Source: Planctomycetota bacterium
GTDB taxonomy: Bacteria; Planctomycetota; UBA1135; UBA2386
DNA: 64,000 bases
Direction: 5' to 3'
Assembly (NCBI GenBank): GCA_965223545.1
Contig: OZ245006.1
Span: 5,184,001 to 5,248,000 of the forward strand
Below are positions 37,889 through 46,504 of the stretch, in pieces. Below the pieces are notes generated by a model. It was not told where the DNA came from. It did not search any database and saw only the letters and a list, made by a program, of their open reading frames with translations. The number at the start of each line of letters is the position of its first letter. The first letter of the stretch is position 1. The translations under genes and the position numbers were made by a program.

Positions 37889-38491
37889 ATGACCAGCGCC
37901 GACCACGACCGATCGGATCGAGTGCCGGCCGCTGCCCCTGCGTCCGGAGTGTCGGTGCGCCGCTTGGCGATGGCGGCGGCGCTCTTGGCAGGCGCGTACC
38001 TGCTCTACCTGGGCGTCATGGCGGGCGTGCGCAGCTACACCTCGGGCCGCATCGCGCGGATGGAGGGCGCCGCTCTGCCGTCTTTCTCGCTGACCAGTCG
38101 TGACGGCGTGCGGTTCGACAACGCGGCCCTGCGGGGCAAGCCCGCGGTGCTCAACTTCTTCCGCTCCAAGTGCCACGGCTGCGACGCCGAGCAGGCCGAC
38201 ATTCGCGCACTGGTCGACGAGGTCCACCCCGCGCGCGCGACCGTGCTGGGGATCATGGTGGACGAGGTGCAGGGGTTTCCGGCCGCGGTGACCGAGCGCA
38301 CTCTGCAGGCCTTTCGCTACCGGCACCCCATCCTGATGGCCGACGCGGCATTCGTCGACGCGTTCCACGGCGCCGGCTGGTCGCACATCACCCCGATCAC
38401 CTACGTGGTCGACGCCGAAGGGACCGTGGTGGCGAGTTTTCGGCACCCCTACGAGCTCGACGCGCTGCGCGCGGCGCTGGCTCTTCCCTGA
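37889..38491 (+). CDS. TlpA/redoxin-family thiol-disulfide oxidoreductase
   Basis: N-terminal transmembrane helix; P.FSL...G, LRGKP.VLNFF..KCHGC, TP.TYVVD.EG. Confidence 0.85.
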   Translation: MTSADHDRSDRVPAAAPASGVSVRRLAMAAALLAGAYLLYLGVMAGVRSYTSGRIARMEGAALPSFSLTSRDGVRFDNAALRGKPAVLNFFRSKCHGCDAEQADIRALVDEVHPARATVLGIMVDEVQGFPAAVTERTLQAFRYRHPILMADAAFVDAFHGAGWSHITPITYVVDAEGTVVASFRHPYELDALRAALALP

Positions 38492-38581
38492 AGCCGGGGG
38501 CGCTTGGCCGGACGTGGGTTCGTCCCATGGCAGTGGGCTGCCCCGCCCCTGATTCCGGTCAATGGTATTCTAGGGGAGAGC

Positions 38582-41500
38582 ATGCGCGCTTCCCTCGCAA
38601 CCGCCACCCTGGCCATGGGTCTGCTTCCGCTGCTGTCTGCGTGCGGTGCGGGTGCGGTCGCCGGCTTCATCGCCGGGACGAGCAGCGGGGATCCGCAGTC
38701 GCCGCGCGCCGCGCCCGCGCTGGTCGTGTCGGTCGCCTCGGGGCCGCTCCGCTTGCCGCTGCAGGCCGTGACCCGCACCGTCGACATCAACAACTACGAG
38801 CTTCCGGTCGGCGCCGGCTTCTCCGTCGAGCTGCGCGCGTTGGGCGTGGTCTCACCGCTCGCCGCGGTCGTGCAGCGGTCGACGGCAGGCCTGACGAAGA
38901 TCCTGTTCCAGGACTCGCACAAGGAGATCGGGGAGGCCGCCCTGAAGCGGCCGGCGGGCGCGAAGGCCGACGTCAACGCCACGCTCTGGGTCTTGGTCGA
39001 TGGCGAGCCGGTGGCGCCGGCGATCCCGTACACGTTGAGGCGGGAGCGTGAGGTGCAGGTGGAGTCGAGCGCTGCCAACGAGTTCGCCTCCGTGATCGGC
39101 AACAGCAGGGTCCGACTGCGGGTCAGCGGCTACCCCGGTGAAGAACAGCTGCAGAATCTGCTGATTCAGCACGCGACCCGGGCAACACCGATCACGCCGA
39201 TTGCCGGCTTCGTGCAGAAGATCTCCGGGGCCGAGGAGTTCTTCGTCGACATCGTGCCGCCGCGCGTGCCCGCGCCCGGCCGGATGTTGCTCGTCGGCGT
39301 GGACGACGACGGCGGCACCTGGCCCGAGGTGACGTCGATCTACTACCGCCCCGAGCTCATCGGCGTCTCACCGGCGTTCGGCTCGGGGGAGGGGGGCGCG
39401 CGGCTGACTCTGGTCGGCCAGGGCATGGTTCCGCTGCAGTACCTCGGCGCAACCCCGGTGCCCAACTTCGCGAAGGTCACCATCCGCTTCCGCAAGGGCG
39501 GGCGGATCATCGAGGTGCCCGGCACTGCGATCCAGGCATCGACCTCATCGAGCTTCGACCTGCTCGCTCCACCGAGTCCGGATGGGCGTCCCGGAGCCGC
39601 GGCCGTGGCGGTCGTGACCGAGCTCGAGGATGGAGTGATCGCCGAGCACGAGCTCAGCGACGTGTTCGTCTATCGGCGGCCGCGGCCGAACTTCGGTCCG
39701 CGGGGCGCGCTGCTGACGGCTGCGCCGGCGGCCGACACACCGATCGGTCAGGGTGGCGGTATCGATGATTGGGCGGTGATCCACGACGTCGGCGGCGTGC
39801 CGCACTACGACCTGTTGTTCTCGGAGGGCAACGGCATGCTCTCGAGCGCCGGTCGGGTCGCGCCGGCCGCGCTCCCGGGAATGGCCTTGGCGCGCGTTCC
39901 GATCGATGTCTGCGCCGGCGACTACGACAATGACGGCGATGAGGACCTGATCGTCATCAACCGCAACGTCAACCGGTCGGCGAGCCACACCATCCTGGAG
40001 AGCCGGTCGCCACCGGAGGTGCCGCTGCACTTGGTGCCGTCGACCATCGACTTCATCGGCGAGGCCGCGCTCGGCCGCGGCGGTGATCTGGACGGGGACG
40101 GGCGCGATGACTTGGTCGTGTTGCAGGCCCTTGGCTCGGGTGGAGCCACTTCGATCTTCTACAGCCGGGTTGCGGCCGGTGTGTGGTCGTTCGAGCCGGC
40201 GCTTCCGGACCCGCGTATCACGGTCCAGGCTCCCTTCGACACGCTCGAGATCGCCGACGTCGATGACGACGGCAACCAGGATCTGGTGATGGCGCGCGGC
40301 GGCGTCGAGATGCGACTCACCGTCGCATATGGCGATGGGCGTGGCGGATTCGAGGAGGTCATCGCGACACCGGTGCGCGTGCCGGGCTACGTCCCGGGTA
40401 CCGCTTCCCGCGCCGTCGGCATCCATCCGCTGACAGGCTCGGGGGCGGCCAAGACACTGGGGTTGGTTCTCGAGGGGATCGATGCCAGCGTCTCGACCCG
40501 GCCGACCATCGTCGTGCTGTCGCCCGACACCGCGCGTTCGTACCGGTCTCCGCTGGTCGAAGAGGTGTTTTCGCTGTTGGGCGCCAAGGAGATCGTCGCC
40601 AGCGATGCCGGTGACTTGGACGGCGACCAGGTCGGGGAGATCGTCGTCGCGACGACCGACGGCTCGATCCCACAGCTGTTGCGCGTGCTGCGTTGGGACG
40701 GGGCGCGGATCAGTGAGGTCTCCGGCGCGGTCGAGCGGACGGCGGAGCCGCTGCGTGGGCTGCGCCAGGTCCGCGTGCGCACCGCGGCGGAGCCGACGCC
40801 GCAGAGCAGCGCACGGGTCATGGGGGTCTTCGTACAGCACCAGCAGATCACGACGGTCGGCCCGGAAGAGCGCGTTTCGGTTTGGGTCGCCGACCCGGGG
40901 CCGCCACTGCTGTTGCGTGCTCCGGACTCGGCCCTCATCGAGCCGACGGCGATCTACGGGCTGGCGCTCGGCAACTTCTCGGGGGACGCCGTCGACCCCA
41001 ACGATCCGAGCCGCACGGCCCTGGAGGTGATGCAGCTGACCGCTGCCGGCTACCGCTGGTCGGGCAACGACGGCGTCGGCGCGCTTTCGCGGCGCGGCGA
41101 GTTCGGCGCGTCGGCGCTGGTCCCGGGGACCATCGTGCGGGTGCCTGCCGATGCCGCGCGCTCCACCGATGCGGTCGCGTGTCTCTTGGAGAACGGGTTC
41201 GTGTCGTTCTTGCTGCCGGACTCGGGTCCGGTGCCGTCGAGCCGGAGCTTGAGAAGCTACGTGCCCGGTGCCGCCAACTGGGAGCTGGATCCGCGCTCGC
41301 GGCTGATGGCGGCGGACGTCGACCGCGATGGGTTGACCGACCTCGTCGTCTTGCTGGCACTGCAAGATCCCGTTTCGGCCTCCAACTCGGCCTTCTGTAT
41401 CGCGCTGCTGCGTGGCAGCGGCGACTCCGGTTTGGCGACGTTCCCCTTTCATCTGCCGGACGCGCTGCAGAGCGCGATTCCCGAGTTCACGGCGGGCGCC

Positions 41501-42190
41501 TTGGGCGACTTCGCGCAGGGAACCAGTGCGCTCGAGCTGGCGGTGGCCGTCCGCGGAGCCCCGCCGGGAACCGGAACCCCGCGGATCGATTTCTATCGGC
41601 ACGAGCCCGGTGGGCCGTCGCCGACGGACGATCTGCTGGTGCCGTCGTTCAGCAGCACGGCGCTGTCGGCGTTGACGACCGGAGACCAGCCCGAAGCCCT
41701 GTCGGCGGGTGACTTCGACCGCAACGGCCAGGACGACTTGGCGGTTGCGTCGACCGATGTCTTGCGCGTGTTCCTCAACGACGGCAGCTTCGACGCTGCC
41801 AAACCACAAGAGGTGCATCTGGCGGCCTTCCAGCCCAACCTCAACACCGCCGTGCTTCCCCCGGGAGTGCCGCGCCACGTCCTGGTCGGCGACGTCAACG
41901 GCGACCGCGCCCTCGACGCCGTCGTCGTCACCGAAGAACCCGGCCCCGACTACGAGGTCGCGGTCCTCGACAACAGCGGCACCGGCGACTTCTCGCTGAT
42001 CGGCGTGCTATCGGAGATTCGCACCGGCAATGAGGTGCAGATCGTCGGCCCACCCCAGCTGCGCGGTGTGCCGCTCTTCCCGGCAATGGGCGACCTCAAC
42101 TTCGACGGCGTGCCCGATCTGGTGTTGGGCTGGGAGTCCGCGGGGGGCGCGGACAGGAACCTGCGGGTGCTGTTCGGCGCGGCGCGGTAG
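38582..42190 (+). CDS. Large lipoprotein with IPT/TIG domain and FG-GAP/VCBS repeats
   Basis: Lipobox LSAC; P...GVSP.FG...GG..LTL.G; multiple GD.DGDG..DL repeats. Confidence 0.85.
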   Translation: MRASLATATLAMGLLPLLSACGAGAVAGFIAGTSSGDPQSPRAAPALVVSVASGPLRLPLQAVTRTVDINNYELPVGAGFSVELRALGVVSPLAAVVQRSTAGLTKILFQDSHKEIGEAALKRPAGAKADVNATLWVLVDGEPVAPAIPYTLRREREVQVESSAANEFASVIGNSRVRLRVSGYPGEEQLQNLLIQHATRATPITPIAGFVQKISGAEEFFVDIVPPRVPAPGRMLLVGVDDDGGTWPEVTSIYYRPELIGVSPAFGSGEGGARLTLVGQGMVPLQYLGATPVPNFAKVTIRFRKGGRIIEVPGTAIQASTSSSFDLLAPPSPDGRPGAAAVAVVTELEDGVIAEHELSDVFVYRRPRPNFGPRGALLTAAPAADTPIGQGGGIDDWAVIHDVGGVPHYDLLFSEGNGMLSSAGRVAPAALPGMALARVPIDVCAGDYDNDGDEDLIVINRNVNRSASHTILESRSPPEVPLHLVPSTIDFIGEAALGRGGDLDGDGRDDLVVLQALGSGGATSIFYSRVAAGVWSFEPALPDPRITVQAPFDTLEIADVDDDGNQDLVMARGGVEMRLTVAYGDGRGGFEEVIATPVRVPGYVPGTASRAVGIHPLTGSGAAKTLGLVLEGIDASVSTRPTIVVLSPDTARSYRSPLVEEVFSLLGAKEIVASDAGDLDGDQVGEIVVATTDGSIPQLLRVLRWDGARISEVSGAVERTAEPLRGLRQVRVRTAAEPTPQSSARVMGVFVQHQQITTVGPEERVSVWVADPGPPLLLRAPDSALIEPTAIYGLALGNFSGDAVDPNDPSRTALEVMQLTAAGYRWSGNDGVGALSRRGEFGASALVPGTIVRVPADAARSTDAVACLLENGFVSFLLPDSGPVPSSRSLRSYVPGAANWELDPRSRLMAADVDRDGLTDLVVLLALQDPVSASNSAFCIALLRGSGDSGLATFPFHLPDALQSAIPEFTAGALGDFAQGTSALELAVAVRGAPPGTGTPRIDFYRHEPGGPSPTDDLLVPSFSSTALSALTTGDQPEALSAGDFDRNGQDDLAVASTDVLRVFLNDGSFDAAKPQEVHLAAFQPNLNTAVLPPGVPRHVLVGDVNGDRALDAVVVTEEPGPDYEVAVLDNSGTGDFSLIGVLSEIRTGNEVQIVGPPQLRGVPLFPAMGDLNFDGVPDLVLGWESAGGADRNLRVLFGAAR

Positions 42191-42357
42191 GGGCGGGAGG
42201 CAGGAGCGTGGTTGCGCGCAATCGCGCTCGGAGTCACTGTTTGCGAGCGGTGGAGAGACGAGCGAAAGCGCGCGAGGATCTGGAGGATCGCGTTGTGCTA
42301 TGGGGATTGACGACGGATGAACAGCGCACGAGACTAGTTGCGAACACAGGAGGTGTC

Positions 42358-44199
42358 ATGCGCGAGGAAACTGGTCTCTCTATCTCTCTTCTGACTGCGG
42401 CGCTGTGCACGCCGGCTCACGGACAGTCGGGCAATGGCTCGCCGCCGTGTACGCAGGGGGTTTGGGAGAGTCCTCTCTTGCACGATACGGGCGGAGGGTT
42501 CACGTGTGCCTCGCCGGCGCACTCGCACACGTACAAGACGGTGAATGCGCTTCACCTCTCGGTGATTCCCAAGGGGCCCAAGCGCGGCTGGCTGCTGGTC
42601 TGGGACCATGACCATCCGCCGGGGCCGCCTGCGGGCGCGCGTGTGATGTTCTATGCGTTGGTGGACCCGACCACCAACATCCAGAACTTCGCGATGTACT
42701 CCGAGAACTTCTGCCAACAGCTGACGCCCGACAAAGGGGATTTGTTCTGCGCGGGTCATGCCTGGACGGCGAACGGCAATCTGCTGGTGGTCGGCGGCAC
42801 CGGGTGCCACGAGGGCACGCCGGGCTGCCCTGGTTGGGGTGGATCGAAGCTCGCCTACTTGTGGGAGCCACCGACGTCGCTGAGCCCCACCGACGGGGGC
42901 ACTTGGATTGAGTTGCCCGACCTCGACGAGCCGCGGTGGTACCCGTCGGTCGTCGCGATGGGGCCGCACGCCGTGGACGATAGGGATCGTCTCTTCGTAA
43001 GCGGGGGATTGGATGACCCAAACGGTACCAAGGGTTGGCCCGGGAAGCTGATCAACAGCTATCAGGTCTTCGAGCCGTCCTCGCGAGCTTGGGACCCTGC
43101 TCCTCCCGGATCGGCGTTTCCGAACACGTTTGCCGGACCTCAGGTGTCGTTGCTCTCGGTTTACCCCAGAACTCACCTGCTGACCTCTACCGGCCCCGGC
43201 GAGCTGGGGAGGATCTTCATCGCCGGCATGGAGCGCGTGTCGAACCGGATCAGCCACTACGTCTCCCCGGGCGGGGCGCCTCTGGCGTGGCACAACGACC
43301 TCAGCTCGTGGGGCTCGGGCGGGCGCCAGAGCGCCTACCGGGACTACGGCAGCAGCGTGCTGCTGCCGTTGCTCCTCGGCGGCGACGAATGCCGGATCTT
43401 GAGCTTGGGAGGCAGGAATGGGAGCAACCTGTGGGCCACGGCCGACAACGTGGATGCCAACGCCGCCAACCCGGTGTGGGCGGCGGACGACAGCATGGCC
43501 CACAAGCGGTGGTACCCCAACACCGTCCTCCTGCCGGATACGAGAGTCTTGGCCGTTGGTGGTGAGTCGCAGTCGCTGGTCAGCCAGTGCTCGGAACAGC
43601 CGGCTCTGATTCCCGAGATCTACGACGGTTCGCAACCTGCGGGCAGCCGGTGGTCGCCGCAGCCCGCGGACGCGATCATTCGCGACTATCACTCGACCGC
43701 GGCGTTGTTGCCCAGTGGCAAGGTGATCACCGCGGGAGGGGACTCGCGTGCATACTTGCCCGAGGCGACCGGCGCGTGCGCGGGAACGCCGGTGAAGGCC
43801 CCGAACCCCATCCCGACGGACTATCGCGTCTTCGTCCCCGACTACATCGCGTGCGGAGGCGTGCGGCCGGTCATCGACCCTCCCCCCGGCAGTGCGGCGG
43901 AGTACACGTTCCAGTACGGCGGTACCTACCCGGTCTCGTACGCGATGAACCAGGATGGGGTCAGCATCGCCAAGGTGGTGTTGATGCGGCCGGGTTCGGT
44001 CACCCACCACGCCGACCCGAACCAGCGCTGCGTCGAACTCAACTTCATCCATGCCGATGGCAACGTGATCAATGTCATTTTGCCAACCAAGCAATCCGGA
44101 AGGTTGCCGCGCGGCTACTACATGATGTTCTTCATCTCCAGCCAGACGGTCACGACGCAGGGAATCCCGTCCGAGGCCGCCTGGGTCCACGTGAGCTAG
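42358..44199 (+). CDS. Secreted copper radical oxidase (galactose/glyoxal oxidase, AA5-like) with DUF1929 C-terminus
   Basis: DLFCAGH, RWYPS, RDYHSTA.LLP.G.V..AGG, LMRPGSVTH; RBS AGGAGG. Confidence 0.88.
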   Translation: MREETGLSISLLTAALCTPAHGQSGNGSPPCTQGVWESPLLHDTGGGFTCASPAHSHTYKTVNALHLSVIPKGPKRGWLLVWDHDHPPGPPAGARVMFYALVDPTTNIQNFAMYSENFCQQLTPDKGDLFCAGHAWTANGNLLVVGGTGCHEGTPGCPGWGGSKLAYLWEPPTSLSPTDGGTWIELPDLDEPRWYPSVVAMGPHAVDDRDRLFVSGGLDDPNGTKGWPGKLINSYQVFEPSSRAWDPAPPGSAFPNTFAGPQVSLLSVYPRTHLLTSTGPGELGRIFIAGMERVSNRISHYVSPGGAPLAWHNDLSSWGSGGRQSAYRDYGSSVLLPLLLGGDECRILSLGGRNGSNLWATADNVDANAANPVWAADDSMAHKRWYPNTVLLPDTRVLAVGGESQSLVSQCSEQPALIPEIYDGSQPAGSRWSPQPADAIIRDYHSTAALLPSGKVITAGGDSRAYLPEATGACAGTPVKAPNPIPTDYRVFVPDYIACGGVRPVIDPPPGSAAEYTFQYGGTYPVSYAMNQDGVSIAKVVLMRPGSVTHHADPNQRCVELNFIHADGNVINVILPTKQSGRLPRGYYMMFFISSQTVTTQGIPSEAAWVHVS

Positions 44200-44211
44200 A
44201 GGTCGCCGAGA

Positions 44212-45852
44212 ATGCGAGCGCGCGGAGTCCTGATACTCCTTCTTGCCGTGTCCGTCGGTTCGGCGCAGACCGAGCTGTGGCAGCAGACGGGTGTTCCGGG
44301 AGCCCAGCGGCTCGGTGGCCTGACGACGTTCTTCCTCGACGGCGATCTGGACGGGGACGGCTACGAGGACTTCGCGGTGTCGGGTGAGGGGTATCAGCTG
44401 CCGGTGCTGTTCATCCAGAGTCGGATCTACTTCATGTCCGGCCGGGACGGGTCGGTGATCCGGTACTACGGGTCGGCGCCGGATCCCAGGTTCTTTCGCA
44501 TCGCGGATGCCGGCCACGTGGACCGCGATGGGATCCGCGATTACGTGGTTGCGATCCATCCACCGTCGTCGAACGCCATGCGACTGGAGGTGCGCAGTGG
44601 CCGGACCGATGCTCTTCTGTGGCAGGTGTTGGAGCCGCAGGGTTTTACCAACCAGTTTGGCGACTACCTCGCCGGCGGGTTGGACACGGACGGGGATGGG
44701 TGCTCGGACCTGGTCGTCGGCGCGTCGCGAGAGCCTCCGAACGGACAGGTGCACGTGTACTCCAGCACGGGGCAGCGACGGTATAGCGTGGCGACGCCCC
44801 ACTGGGGGCTTGGAGTGCTTGGCGATCTCGATCGCGACGGGTGCGACGACTTCATCATCGGTGGGACCAACCGCTTGGTGACGAACGCGGGGTGGGGGAG
44901 AGTCTATTCGGGGCGCACCGGCGCGTTTCTGGTCGAAGGCACCGGTGATCTGCTCGATGATGGGATTGGTTCTGGGAAAAACGCGGGTTGCGGCGATGTC
45001 AATGGGGACGGGGTCTTGGACTTCGTCTGCACGAGTCGCGCTAGCCTTGTGCTCAACGGCATGGTGCGGGTGTTCTCCGGCGCCGATGGCACCCCGCTGT
45101 TCACTTGGCGCCGGCCATTGACCACGGGCTTCGGGATCTCGTTAGCGGTCGGTGACCTCGATCTCGACGGTATGCCCGATCTCCTCGTGGGATCGAACGA
45201 GCCGATCCAGAACACCGGCGGCCGTGTGTACTGGCTGTCGCTGCGCGATGGCAGCATCGTGACGCAGCTGTTCCCGCCGGGGTTGCCCGGGGCGACGACC
45301 CGGTTCGGATTCAGCGTTGCGATTGGCGGCCCACAGCCAGGCAGTCCGTTTCCCGTGTTTACGTCCAACGGACAGGACTACAAACCGCCGTTCACCCCGA
45401 CGAACCCCCTGTCCGCGACGGGAAGGGTCACGCTCTACAGCGGCGCGCCCCCCGGAGTGTCGAGCACCGGTCCGGGTTGCGCAGGGCGTACCCCTTCGGC
45501 GCCGGTGATGGGCATCACGGCGCCGAGCAGCGGCTTGGCGCGCTTGCACTTGAGCGCGGCTCCGCCGAGCACCCCGTCGGCGCTGCTGCTCGGCTTGTCG
45601 TCCACGTCGTGGAGCGGAGTGCCGCTGCCGCTGCCACTGGCGACGCTAGGGCTTCCGAGTTGTTCGTTGCGCACGTCGATCGAGGCCGTGGTGCCCGTGG
45701 CCGTCGATGCGACGGGCTATGGGGCGTTCGTCCTGCCGCTGCCGCTGGTCGCGGTGGGCGGCACTCCGATCTTCGGCCAGTGGTTGTTGGCGCTGCAGGG
45801 GAATCCGATCCAGCCCGCGGCGCTGTCCGGTGCCCTGTCCTGGCGCCACTGA
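44212..45852 (+). CDS. Secreted FG-GAP/integrin-alpha-like repeat protein with C-terminal domain
   Basis: Signal peptide; GD.DGDG..D repeats followed by V.VYSG..G. Confidence 0.85.
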   Translation: MRARGVLILLLAVSVGSAQTELWQQTGVPGAQRLGGLTTFFLDGDLDGDGYEDFAVSGEGYQLPVLFIQSRIYFMSGRDGSVIRYYGSAPDPRFFRIADAGHVDRDGIRDYVVAIHPPSSNAMRLEVRSGRTDALLWQVLEPQGFTNQFGDYLAGGLDTDGDGCSDLVVGASREPPNGQVHVYSSTGQRRYSVATPHWGLGVLGDLDRDGCDDFIIGGTNRLVTNAGWGRVYSGRTGAFLVEGTGDLLDDGIGSGKNAGCGDVNGDGVLDFVCTSRASLVLNGMVRVFSGADGTPLFTWRRPLTTGFGISLAVGDLDLDGMPDLLVGSNEPIQNTGGRVYWLSLRDGSIVTQLFPPGLPGATTRFGFSVAIGGPQPGSPFPVFTSNGQDYKPPFTPTNPLSATGRVTLYSGAPPGVSSTGPGCAGRTPSAPVMGITAPSSGLARLHLSAAPPSTPSALLLGLSSTSWSGVPLPLPLATLGLPSCSLRTSIEAVVPVAVDATGYGAFVLPLPLVAVGGTPIFGQWLLALQGNPIQPAALSGALSWRH

Positions 45853-45985
45853 GGTCGGGTCGTGATGCTGCTCGAGCGTGCGCACAGGTGTCGAGGGCAC
45901 GAAAGGTTTCTTTCGCAGCCAGAGCCACTAAGAAAGAAGTCTTTGTTTCGAGGGCTGCGGCACGACGATCCTCCCAGTCGTCGCA

Positions 45986-46204
45986 ATGACCCGTCAGACA
46001 GGCAATTATCTCAGAACGACGGTGGCCGGTGAAGAGGTTGCGGCCTTCGTGCCCTTCCCGCTCCCACCCCGGGCCCCCTCGCTCCAGCTCGATCGCGAGG
46101 GCTTGCAGCTGCTGGCAGATGCGCTCGATGCGCTCCGCACACTCGAGTTCGCCGGCGCGATGGTGCCGTCGCTGGACGGGTTTCTCTACGCGCTCGTTCG
46201 CAAG
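45986..46204 (+). pseudogene. Truncated Fic-family gene (N-terminal 73 codons only)
   Basis: MTRQTGNY.RTTVAGEEV.AFVP.PLPP..P.L....L..LE.AG.MVPSLD.F.YA.VRK resembles the Fic/DOC N-terminal region. Similarity ends exactly where the repeat element begins; no HPFxDGNGR motif. Confidence 0.75.
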
Positions 46205-46499
46205 CCTCAGGGTCCGCAAATCTTCGCGTGGCGACAACCTTTCGGAAGGCTCGATGGCGCTGGAACTTCGACAACGCAGCTCCCGGAGGCTCGAAGACAA
46301 CACTGGCGTCTGCGCTCAGCGCGGCCGTCCGGCACCGCTGGATGCGCGGGCTCCGCTACTTCGCCGCGGGCTCGCACGTTTGGCTGCGGCCCTGGCCGCG
46401 CTGAGCGTCCGGGGCCCGAGAATCTTCGCGCGGCGACGACCCGGGTCCGCTACTGGCGCGACGCGCTCGGTCTTTGGCTGCGGCCCCGGCCGTGCTGAG
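46203..46499 (-). repeat. Two diverged copies (201 bp full-length plus 94 bp internally deleted) of the 195-bp element
   Basis: Collinear blocks shared with the reverse complement of the array unit: AATCTTCG, CGACAAC, CCGGAGGCTCG, GCTCAGCGCGGC, GTTTGGYTGCGGCCSTGGCCGCGCTGAG. Confidence 0.85.
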
Positions 46500-46504
46500 G
46501 GTCG

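Noticed and set aside
46205..46498. C-terminal part of the 170-aa ORF 45986-46498 as real protein
   Set aside because: It is read-through of the fic fragment into the non-coding repeat element.
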